Shown one piece after another: positions 55,066 to 63,284 of a DNA stretch of 64,000 bases. The first letter of the stretch is position 1. Each line of letters begins with the position of its first letter. Source of the stretch: a virus (Duplodnaviria; Caudoviricetes). A program made the position numbers and the translations under genes. The stretch is from positions 8,980 to 72,979 of the IMG/VR virus record IMGVR_UViG_3300010944_000263. One strand, 5' to 3'. Under the pieces are notes generated by a model, which saw only the letters and a program-made list of their open reading frames with translations, was not told the origin of the DNA and searched no databases.

Positions 55066-57873
55066 TTATCGTCGCAGAACATCCTTAATTCCATATCTAG
55101 GACTTCCTGGATTTGATACACGACGATCTTGCTGCTCGCGCCATAAAAACGAGCCATACTCTGGATTTTTGCCTTTTTCATCACCACTGTCAACTTTCTC
55201 GCCTGAATTGTCCGTCGAGTAGACCAGCCAAGCACCTGCCGCGGCAATTGCCCTATCACCGTGGTTCTTGTCCGTAGCACCCTTGTTTTTAGTAGGTGCG
55301 TGAACAATCTTAGACCCTTCCCATTCGTACTCTCCGCACTCAACTAGCATATCGGCCGATCTCGGAATGTACTTTCCCTGCTCCATGGCTAACGCGAATT
55401 GCTCGAACATGTCCGCCTTATCCGCATCGCGACACGGGAACCCAGGCTTACGACTCTTCTTCTGCGATCCAAGCTGCGTCACGTTTCGATAAAAGATGTT
55501 TCCGTAGTACAAAACCTCCATGACCTCCTTCGCGAAACCACTCGATACACCTGAGTCTTCCCATCCAAGTTTCGCTTTACGCATCCAAAGACACAAGCCA
55601 ACGACGATCCTTGCGAACGGACGAGGCTCTAGCCCTTTAATCGTATACTCGAGAACTTGCTCGCCTGTTCTATCGTCGATACCAGACGCAATCGAGTTCG
55701 ATGCGTACGCTCCTGTTCCTCCAGATGCGATATCGCACGCAATCGTAAACGGACCAAGCGGAGGGCTGTCATCAATCCCTGGCTTAAACCAAAGCACAAG
55801 AGGACCATCTTCGCGTTCAATCAAACCTTTTAGTTCTAACGTCTCGCTATCAAAGACAGGTGTTCCTTTCCACACTGGATTCTTCGAATGCGTCTTCTTC
55901 ATGCGGTCGAGCAAATCGGAAGTGAACACCTTCCCAACAGCTCCTTTCGGATTCCTATCTAGCTGAGACGCAATCAACTGAGGACGAGCTGTCTTTCGCA
56001 AACATCGCATGTCGTACCATGGCGACCGCACAACGCCTTCGTACTTAAAACCTTTCTTCTCGAGCAAATCACGCAAATCAGGTTTGCTTCGATGATACTC
56101 TGCAACCGCTTCCGCATCTTCAGGCTTGATAGCAACAGGCTTGTTGTCTGTTACGATGTACGAATGCTTCGAGTGAACGGGATGATCTTTCCAATCGAGG
56201 ACAAGATGCCATCCGCCCTCATCTCCCTTCGCTTCACATGCTTCGTGAAAAACGCCCTGGTCAATATACCTCGCTGAAACAAGCCTCAAGCACCCAGTCA
56301 CATCGTGTAGCGATTCCATTACGGCGTAGTCTTTTCCACCAGACACAAAGTCTTTCGCGCCGGCTTCGTCCATCGTGAACACTGTCGCTCTACCACCAGC
56401 AGCAACGTCTTGCCCTGCCGAGTAACCTTTGAGCAACGAACCATTGTCTTTGTTCTCGAACGTGTGCTGGCTCAAGTTTCGCTCATAGTTCGGCTGCATC
56501 CAAGCTGGAAGCATGTTGATTGCAAACTGCACCTTCCAAAGAACAGTGTCTGAGTCCGTCTTGCTATCAACGAGGTCCGCGTTACGTGTCACATATCCAG
56601 CCGAGAACATCTTGTCGCAAAGCCATCTTCGCAAATCAACCCACAGATATCCAAACGTACCTCCCTGAGCTCGAGCCTTGTCCACCAGAACGTCCAACGT
56701 CTTCTCGTTCTTCGACGTGTAATCAATCGCTTCATCGAGAGCTCGAAACACCTTCTCTTGATGCGGATACGGAATAAACGGAACCACTTTGAACTTCGCC
56801 CGCGGATCGTACCCGTAGCAATTATGAACTATCAACGGCTTGTCGTTTGCGTCTAAAACAGTAAAGCACTGCCTTGGGCCGCAATTCAAGAGGTCGTATA
56901 CCTCCGAGACCTGTTCGCTGGCATCAAAATTTCGACCGGAGAAAATCCATTCTTTATTCGATACGAAACTGCTGGGTGAGTTAGTCCAGTACGATTCATA
57001 ATTTCGTAAATCGTCATAGGACCTTCTGATGTTTCGTACTTTTTCATCGTTCGCTGCCGTTGGTTTTTCATTTGCTCCGACCATGTTGCCCATCGGCAAT
57101 TGCTTGGTTCGTAATTTCCGTCGTTGTTTATTCGGTCCAAAGTCTTGTCGTCTGGCGGATCTCCCATGTCTGCATAAAAATTCTCGAACTTCATCCATCT
57201 TTTGCAAACAGTGATTCCTCGACCTCCGTAGTCTTTCCATCTTGAATTTCTGGGGTTGAAGCATCTCTGCATCATGTGCGACCATCTGCTGAAAACAGAA
57301 CTTTTGCTTTTCCCGTGAACAATCTTTGATGTTGCTGACTTGCAACCGCAACTTGTGCTTTTTCCTCCTCGAAGATTGTCCCCAGAAACTGTCAACTCTT
57401 TCCCGCACCTGCACTGGCAAAGCCACGCTGCTCTTGTTGTGTTTCTGTAATTTCCATTTCTTTGAATAACCTTCAGGTAACCGAACACTTGCCCGGTCAT
57501 GTCTTTCAATTGCTTGCTTCCAGCCATTTTTTGTCCAAATCTTGTGGTCAGGAGTAACATCTATTTCATAGGCAAATATACTTCGCTTACGACCTTTATA
57601 AACAGATCCTCCTTGTGAAACCCAATCGTTTCCGTCCCAAACTAAATCAAGTTCTGTAACTTCTTCAATTGGGACAGGACCACGATCAGTTACAACTCGA
57701 GTCCCTTTTCCAATACATGCTGCCGCCATGAAGAAACAAACGTCATCCATACACGCTTGCCAAAACGCATTTCGAAACTTGATGTCTGTCAACGCACGCT
57801 CTCGGCATCGAATTCGCCACTTCAAGTTTTCTATAGGATCCTTCGGAACCAAATCGTAGTACAAACCGCTCAT
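55066..57873 (-). CDS. terL: Terminase large subunit with intein
   Basis: PFIPYPHQ, VDKARAQGGT (Walker A variant), TMDEA (Walker B), IACDIASG and HGDRAIA nuclease motifs. Confidence 0.88.
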   Translation of the reverse strand: MSGLYYDLVPKDPIENLKWRIRCRERALTDIKFRNAFWQACMDDVCFFMAAACIGKGTRVVTDRGPVPIEEVTELDLVWDGNDWVSQGGSVYKGRKRSIFAYEIDVTPDHKIWTKNGWKQAIERHDRASVRLPEGYSKKWKLQKHNKSSVALPVQVRERVDSFWGQSSRRKKHKLRLQVSNIKDCSREKQKFCFQQMVAHDAEMLQPQKFKMERLRRSRNHCLQKMDEVREFLCRHGRSARRQDFGPNKQRRKLRTKQLPMGNMVGANEKPTAANDEKVRNIRRSYDDLRNYESYWTNSPSSFVSNKEWIFSGRNFDASEQVSEVYDLLNCGPRQCFTVLDANDKPLIVHNCYGYDPRAKFKVVPFIPYPHQEKVFRALDEAIDYTSKNEKTLDVLVDKARAQGGTFGYLWVDLRRWLCDKMFSAGYVTRNADLVDSKTDSDTVLWKVQFAINMLPAWMQPNYERNLSQHTFENKDNGSLLKGYSAGQDVAAGGRATVFTMDEAGAKDFVSGGKDYAVMESLHDVTGCLRLVSARYIDQGVFHEACEAKGDEGGWHLVLDWKDHPVHSKHSYIVTDNKPVAIKPEDAEAVAEYHRSKPDLRDLLEKKGFKYEGVVRSPWYDMRCLRKTARPQLIASQLDRNPKGAVGKVFTSDLLDRMKKTHSKNPVWKGTPVFDSETLELKGLIEREDGPLVLWFKPGIDDSPPLGPFTIACDIASGGTGAYASNSIASGIDDRTGEQVLEYTIKGLEPRPFARIVVGLCLWMRKAKLGWEDSGVSSGFAKEVMEVLYYGNIFYRNVTQLGSQKKSRKPGFPCRDADKADMFEQFALAMEQGKYIPRSADMLVECGEYEWEGSKIVHAPTKNKGATDKNHGDRAIAAAGAWLVYSTDNSGEKVDSGDEKGKNPEYGSFLWREQQDRRVSNPGSPRYGIKDVLRR
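56821..57717 (-). mobile_element. Intein (299 aa) in terminase
   Basis: Block A CIGKGTRVVT, block B TPDHKIWTKNGW, block F VYDLLNCG..CFTV, block G IVHN then Cys+1. Confidence 0.92.
56886..57527 (-). CDS. HNH homing endonuclease (213 aa) overprinted in the +1 frame of the terminase intein
   Basis: WLCQCRCG..SCGC, WSHMMQRC, YGGRGITVC, TLDRINNDGNYEPSNCRWAT, C-terminal HTH. Confidence 0.88.
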   Translation of the reverse strand: MAGSKQLKDMTGQVFGYLKVIQRNGNYRNTTRAAWLCQCRCGKELTVSGDNLRGGKSTSCGCKSATSKIVHGKSKSSVFSRWSHMMQRCFNPRNSRWKDYGGRGITVCKRWMKFENFYADMGDPPDDKTLDRINNDGNYEPSNCRWATWSEQMKNQRQRTMKKYETSEGPMTIYEIMNRTGLTHPAVSYRIKNGFSPVEILMPANRSRRYTTS

Positions 57874-58029
57874 CTTCTTCGCCAATCGAGTTAGTTGGTA
57901 TGGTTCAAGTACGCTTGAGCAAACCACACAAGCATCGCAGCAACCAGCATCCAAAATAAACATCCGCCAGCGTCAGGCTTCTCGTTACTCATGCTATCCA
58001 TTCGATAAAGAACGCCATTTCAAATTCTT

Positions 58030-58042
58030 TGACAGCCTGTCA
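58030..58042. repeat. TGACA-N3-TGTCA palindrome copy 8 (intergenic)
   Basis: CTTTGACAGCCTGTCAAAAG. Confidence 0.85.
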
Positions 58043-58059
58043 AAAGACGTGAACCAACA

Positions 58060-58097
58060 AAAAAGAAAGGGGCACGCAACAAATGTCACGCGCCCCT
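58060..58097 (-). terminator. Rho-independent terminator
   Basis: GGGGCGCG...CGTGCCCC followed by TTTCTTTTTT on the minus strand. Confidence 0.65.
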
Positions 58098-58162
58098 CTA
58101 GGAGATTTGCCCTAAGGCAGAGTGTCCAAAAACTATAGCTTCGCTGAATTGCCATGTCAAAT

Positions 58163-58459
58163 CTATCGCAACAAAGCCTCTCGCAAACTCATCACCTTCA
58201 GCCTAGCTCGCAACGTCGACTCCGGAACGCCAGCAAAATCAGCCCACTCGCGTATCGACATCCTTTCGCCATCATGCTCGAGCCCACATCCACCGCAGCT
58301 TCGAGTATGACCACTTCGAAGATGATCCAACCGCACCACCGGCGCCGCACCACACGAACATCGACACAAAAACATTCGCTTCGTCCCTACCTGCGGCTCC
58401 TCACGCACTACCACCAAATCACCAAACCTCGCACCAACCGCTATTTCCAATCGTCGCAT
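58163..58459 (-). CDS. Internally deleted HNH derivative (DNA-binding domains only)
   Basis: FLCRCSCG..SGHTRSCG joined directly to GERMSIREWA..GVPESTLRARL; catalytic segment absent. Confidence 0.6.
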   Translation of the reverse strand: MRRLEIAVGARFGDLVVVREEPQVGTKRMFLCRCSCGAAPVVRLDHLRSGHTRSCGGCGLEHDGERMSIREWADFAGVPESTLRARLKVMSLREALLR

Positions 58460-59171
58460 TTTCGAATCTCCTCAATTTCAGCTTAACGAGATTCACCCTT
58501 AAACGCAACTCTATTGGTTTTTTAGATTTTGGCTGGTTACTGCGCGCTTGGCTCATACTTGGCTAGCTGTAGTGCGCGGCGTTACTGTAAAGAGTGGCTA
58601 GAAGAGAAATAAGAAACATTCCATTCTTTGGAAACCGGAGCGCAATGAGCCCTAACCCGGCTCACTGCAAAGCCAAAACCCCATTCTTCGGAGCCACCAT
58701 CGCTTTACTTCGCCCTCCGCGTTTTTATCGTGGTGTCCGACCATCCGCCTCAGCGGACCCTATCCACGTCTGGAATGCACATTGGAAGTGTACAACCAAA
58801 GTTGGTTTGCTAGCAGCTCCCAGTGACCACAACAGCCAATAGGCTCGACGGGCTAGCCCCGTAATTACGTGCAATCCCCCCATTTGTGGCTCAAGGGGGA
58901 TTGCGATTGTGCGACAAAAGAGACGGCACACAGATAACCGCGCAAGGCGGTGTTTCAAATTTATGTTTTCATGCTCTTTTGTCTGTACCAGGAGCCACCC
59001 AGGTACCGGAATACTAACCCGGCGCCGCAACGCTGGCAAGAGAAATTAAAAAACTTCCTTCGTCTAAATGGAAACGTTACCACCCAGATAAGATCGTATT
59101 CACCCGGGCGAGACTGCATTCACCCGAGCAACTTTGCCAAAAGCATCAAAATCCCTGGAGAATTTGAAGTT

Positions 59172-59184
59172 TGACAGCGTGTCA
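59172..59184. repeat. TGACA-N3-TGTCA palindrome copy 9
   Basis: AGTTTGACAGCGTGTCAGCACTTT. Confidence 0.85.
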
Positions 59185-59408
59185 GCACTTTCAGCCAACA
59201 AAAATGCAGGGACGTGCGGAGGCAACCACGTTTCGCACTCCCTGCTGCACCGATTGCGGGGGAAAATGAAGAAAACCCGCGGCTCTAGTGCTCACCGCTC
59301 AAAACACTAGCAAACCACGCTACACCTTGCAACACACTGGAAACGTTTCCACCTGCTAACCATTTGTCAGCAACCGCCACAAAAAAGCGCCAACATATAA
59401 CAGATACT

Positions 59409-59765
59409 CTACTTCTCCCTCGCCTTCACCACCGCCAACTTCACTCCCAAACGCTCACACACCAGCTTGCACCGCAAAATACTCACCTTCTCGGACGCCG
59501 CATCTCCTTTGCCAGCCAACAAAATCACCGCTGGCTTCTTGCCTGTCCAAACCGAGTACAAAACCGCTTGAGCAGGCGCCTCCTTCCACTTCTCACACCA
59601 CTCCACCTCCACAGCATAATCACGACTCACCAAATCCGCCCTGCTGCCATCCTCCAAAACCACCTCGCGATCGCAGCCGTAACGCTCCGCCAAAATACGA
59701 GACTGCTCTATCTCGCCAAGAAACTCACCACCAACACAAACCATAAAAAACAAACCAAAAAACAT
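59409..59765 (-). CDS. PD-(D/E)xK nuclease-like protein with hydrophobic N-terminus
   Basis: E..L.DGSRADL....AVEVEW..KWKEA..QA..Y. Confidence 0.55.
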   Translation of the reverse strand: MFFGLFFMVCVGGEFLGEIEQSRILAERYGCDREVVLEDGSRADLVSRDYAVEVEWCEKWKEAPAQAVLYSVWTGKKPAVILLAGKGDAASEKVSILRCKLVCERLGVKLAVVKAREK

Positions 59766-60195
59766 TCGCTAGACCTCCTCGAAACAAACTCACCAACCAC
59801 TGCCGTTAGCCAAAAACTAACGCCGTTAGCATTGACCCGAACACGCAATTGAAAATGAAATGCGGCGGCAAGATGATATCGCAAGGAGTCCCGTCGCGCT
59901 TGGGTGGGGGTCTGGTTCGGTTTCCGGCCGGACGCATCGCCGGCACCAAAACCGCGTTTTGCGAGCCCGCTTCAGCCGCTCCGACGCACCGAACGCAGCC
60001 CATAGACGCCGCAACGCCGATCAAAACCGCATAAAACAGCCACGCCAAGCCCTCGCAGCTCGACACACATCACGCACAGCCACAGAAAACCACGCTCATC
60101 GACGCCTTGAGAGAGCACGCCACACGTACGTCAGCACCGATCGACAGCCGGATTCGCATTTCACCCAGCGAATTCACACGCCGACGCCGAAAGTT

Positions 60196-60208
60196 TGACA
60201 GCCTGTCA
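60196..60208. repeat. TGACA-N3-TGTCA palindrome copy 10
   Basis: AGTTTGACAGCCTGTCAGCACTTTT. Confidence 0.85.
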
Positions 60209-60214
60209 GCACTT

Positions 60215-60940
60215 TTAGCCCGCCAGCATCTCGGCAAGCATACGACGCACTTCCTCGATCGATTGCTGCTCGCGACGGATCTCTGCCTGCTCGCCCTCAT
60301 TCGACGCCGTAGCCTTCGCTGCAACGTCGACAAACTTCGCGTATGTCTTGATCGACGTCTCCAGCCAGCCCAAAGCCGCGTAAGAAGGAGCCGGATTCAA
60401 TGCACGAGACAAATCCACCACGACACGCTCAGGAGTCTCTCTAACGCATCGCAACCGGTTTGCCTGCACCCAGCTCACCTCAGCGCTAAGAGGAGCGTTA
60501 GGAGGAAGATCCGGCCACGTAGCAGGCAATTCGCCAAGGCCTGTGACAGACAACTCGGCGTCCTTGGCGCGGGAACGGAGCGACGACGATGCCGGCTCGT
60601 CGGATACCGCAAGGATGGCGACCTCCCCCGGCTGTTGGTCGTTCTTTTGCAACTGGCTTTTTTGCGTTTGCTGCAGGTCTGGCGGTGGCTGGCTTGCTTG
60701 TTGCGTGATTTCTGTTGTTCGCTCGCTTGTTCTTTCGTCTGTTGTGTCCTGATTTACAGCGTCGAGTGGCGGGAAGCGTTTATTTAGTTCGCTGTACGTC
60801 CAGTCTTGCGCAGCCTCTTTCTCCAATCCGTTTTGACGTGCTTGGCGCATCAGCTCGTCACGGATTGCTACGGCTTCGCCCCACCGTTTTTCGCGCAGCA
60901 AGCGTTTGTAGACTGTGAGTTTTAGAGGCTTTTCGTTCAT
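60215..60940 (-). CDS. Hypothetical protein (possible terminase small subunit)
   Basis: Helical protein at the head of the packaging operon; function by position only. Confidence 0.5.
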   Translation of the reverse strand: MNEKPLKLTVYKRLLREKRWGEAVAIRDELMRQARQNGLEKEAAQDWTYSELNKRFPPLDAVNQDTTDERTSERTTEITQQASQPPPDLQQTQKSQLQKNDQQPGEVAILAVSDEPASSSLRSRAKDAELSVTGLGELPATWPDLPPNAPLSAEVSWVQANRLRCVRETPERVVVDLSRALNPAPSYAALGWLETSIKTYAKFVDVAAKATASNEGEQAEIRREQQSIEEVRRMLAEMLAG

Positions 60941-61317
60941 CGTCACTCCGTGCAGGCGCAAAGATTCCTAATATTCCGCTCTTGTTTATCGACGCAGCAA
61001 CCGAGCCGTTTGGCTCCCGAACATGGCATCCGCCAAGCCCCTCGCGTCTAGGCCGCCGTGGGATTTTCGGTCTGTAGGCTGCCAGGATTAGGTCGCGTGA
61101 CCCTCGACAATCCTTTGGTCTGTGCTCTCGCCTCGGACGCTCGGCAGGACTGTACGCCGCGTTGAATTGACTTACAGATTAATCCATCACAAACACTTTT
61201 TCCAGAATTCTTTCAACATTGACCCAAAATAGTATTGACCCACCGTCGCAACACACGATGATAGACATAGACCCGCGAACACAGCGGGATGGACCCATAT
61301 CTACGAAGGATAACACG

Positions 61318-61731
61318 ATGACGCAACACTTCTGGACAATCTCCCAAGGACGCCGATCACACCCAATTTACGGATGGGTGCAGACATGCCGAGTACCAGG
61401 CAAGACACCCTCGGCAGGCAATAAGACCGTTTGGCACGCATACAACGCGGCCGGCACCAGGCTGAACAAGGATTTCGACAGCGCAGAGCAAGCCAAGGCA
61501 GCCCTTGAAATGGCGTACGTCACAAAGGATGACAAGCCCGAGCCAGCTTTGCCCAAGCCTAAGAAGGCTGCCAAACGACCGCTCAAGACAGAGAAGTTCA
61601 GATTCCAGAACGGAGCCCTTCTCAAGTACGACGCCACCAAGCACGCTTACGTGCACTGCTACAGCAGCTTGTACGCAGAGACGATGGAAGACGCTATTCG
61701 GCTCTACAAAGACTCGCTGGAGCGTAAGTAA
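61318..61731 (+). CDS. Hypothetical early protein
   Basis: GAAGGA SD; first gene of the rightward arm. Confidence 0.55.
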   Translation: MTQHFWTISQGRRSHPIYGWVQTCRVPGKTPSAGNKTVWHAYNAAGTRLNKDFDSAEQAKAALEMAYVTKDDKPEPALPKPKKAAKRPLKTEKFRFQNGALLKYDATKHAYVHCYSSLYAETMEDAIRLYKDSLERK

Positions 61732-61958
61732 TGCGACACAAGATTATTCAAGCGATCGACGAGACAGAAACGCTATTGGCTAAAGCAATGTCTTACTCAC
61801 CCGGATTCAGGAAGCCGGCGCAGATCAGCTACTACGAGGCACACCTACGGTTTTTGCGAGCAATGCTTGACGGCCGTAACGCGGAGCCAGCAGTGGCGGA
61901 CAATGCAAACTGGGATGTCATGCAATGCGAGATCGACGCCAAACTAGCGATCAAGTAA
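61731..61958 (+). CDS. Hypothetical protein
   Basis: TAATG coupling. Confidence 0.55.
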   Translation: MRHKIIQAIDETETLLAKAMSYSPGFRKPAQISYYEAHLRFLRAMLDGRNAEPAVADNANWDVMQCEIDAKLAIK

Positions 61959-62037
61959 GCCGAAACGCCCTCGGGCGTCTGTCGCGCTGGCTACGCGGCA
62001 CTGACGAGGCAGCCAAAGACAACTAGGAGTCGCAAAG

Positions 62038-62271
62038 ATGACCAATCAAAACAAAGTCACTGTTATCAATCTAGCTCACGAAGTTTCCGATGCGGCTGTT
62101 GAGCGAGTCAGGCGGCTTGTTGATAACGTTCTTTCTCGTAATCCAAACTGGAGTGGCGCTGAGATCGAAATCGAAAGAGACGATTTCACGTGGGTGGATT
62201 GCAGCGATGAATTGGATGGATCAATGCTTTTGGCTAGTGTTGTACGTGCGATCGATGGCGAGCGAGACTAA
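62038..62271 (+). CDS. Hypothetical protein
   Basis: AGGAG SD. Confidence 0.6.
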   Translation: MTNQNKVTVINLAHEVSDAAVERVRRLVDNVLSRNPNWSGAEIEIERDDFTWVDCSDELDGSMLLASVVRAIDGERD

Positions 62272-62517
62272 ATGAACAAAGACAAAGGTGATGATCGGCT
62301 CTCGCTGCGACTAGGTGTCCTGCGAGAGCCGCTGCTGCGTCGAGCGGAGTCGGTCGGTAAAACTCCTAGCCAGTATATCCGGTCGCTTCTGGCGAAGGAT
62401 CTGGGTGTCGAGGAGCCGGAAATGAAAGAAGGCAGACCGATGACATCGGAGCAAGCCAGCATTGCAGCTCAGGCTGCGTGGGCGCGGAAACGGAAATCGA
62501 AGAAACGTAAACAATAG
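62272..62517 (+). CDS. Ribbon-helix-helix DNA-binding protein
   Basis: RLSLRL....L..RA...GKTPSQYIRSLL. Confidence 0.65.
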   Translation: MNKDKGDDRLSLRLGVLREPLLRRAESVGKTPSQYIRSLLAKDLGVEEPEMKEGRPMTSEQASIAAQAAWARKRKSKKRKQ

Positions 62518-62798
62518 CGGCTGGTTTATCGGCGCGTGCGGGAGGGATTGGATATGTCGGAAGTGTTGCCATATCAACAACGTGTCATCGAAGAAGCAAA
62601 TGAGCTACGCGATCGCACAGAAAATCTTGGTCTGTTTTTCGAGACGGAGGCTTTTCGCAATCTAGATCGTGATGAGCGTTATCGCCTTGAAGTCCAGTTT
62701 GACATCATGATGTCTTACCGAACCGTGTTGCGACAACGCATTTTTGCGATGGGGCTCGGCGAGCATTTGAAAGCAAGTGCGGAGTAGCCATCCGCTAT
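62517..62798 (+). repeat. Inverted repeat A, right copy
   Basis: Partner of 45475-45756. Confidence 0.95.
62554..62787 (+). CDS. crAss001_48-like small helical protein (copy 2, identical)
   Basis: Identical translation to 45486-45719. Confidence 0.7.
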   Translation: MSEVLPYQQRVIEEANELRDRTENLGLFFETEAFRNLDRDERYRLEVQFDIMMSYRTVLRQRIFAMGLGEHLKASAE

Positions 62799-62807
62799 GG
62801 GTGGTTG

Positions 62808-62975
62808 GGATAGGCGGCGTGGACGGTGACACGCAATCGCAGTCGGACGGTGAGGGACGCGCAGAGGAGATAGCCGGTTAGACTCCGAGAGTTTCGATTC
62901 TGGGTTGGAGAAAGTCCTACAAAAAGACTGCGGTGGAATTCCAAAACCAATCGGGTTCGACCCCCGACCTATCCA
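62808..62975 (+). ncRNA. tRNA-like RNA, long variant
   Basis: Acceptor GGATAGG/CCTATCC, D-like hairpin GCGTG-8-CACGC, CGCAGTC/GACTGCG stem enclosing ~85 nt, T-arm TCGGG-TTCGACC-CCCGA. Confidence 0.5.
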
Positions 62976-63274
62976 CTTACAAGCAAGATCGGCTTAACCA
63001 GCCTTACCGAGCGATGCGGGAAAAGGGCTTGAGTGCTCCATCGAAAGGGAAACCGAAAGTGGCTGTGGTGGCTGCGAGTAGGTAAGCGAAGTCCCCAACG
63101 CAGGATGGCTTTGACTGCGATTTAGGTTCGGTGGTGACGCAGAAGCGTTGTTCGTGTTCGGGCTGACCTCCCGATAAGGCCTAGGCCGAGTCAAGCACGG
63201 GCGAATGAGGGTCGCTCCCTCGCCGGACTCCTTTAACAATTCGATGCACCGCAAGTGCCGGTTTAGCAGCCGCA
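62954..63274 (+). repeat. Inverted repeat B, right copy
   Basis: Partner of 44919-45239. Confidence 0.9.
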
Positions 63275-63284
63275 GGGATTCAAG

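Noticed and set aside
57525-57535. A AAA AAT slippery heptamer as a -1 frameshift into the HNH
   Set aside because: The HNH is in the +1 frame, which a -1 shift does not reach; initiation at the overlapping ATG is simpler.
58500-59340. ORFs 58725-59039 and 59806-60066 as genes
   Set aside because: No motifs or clear initiation signals; left unannotated.
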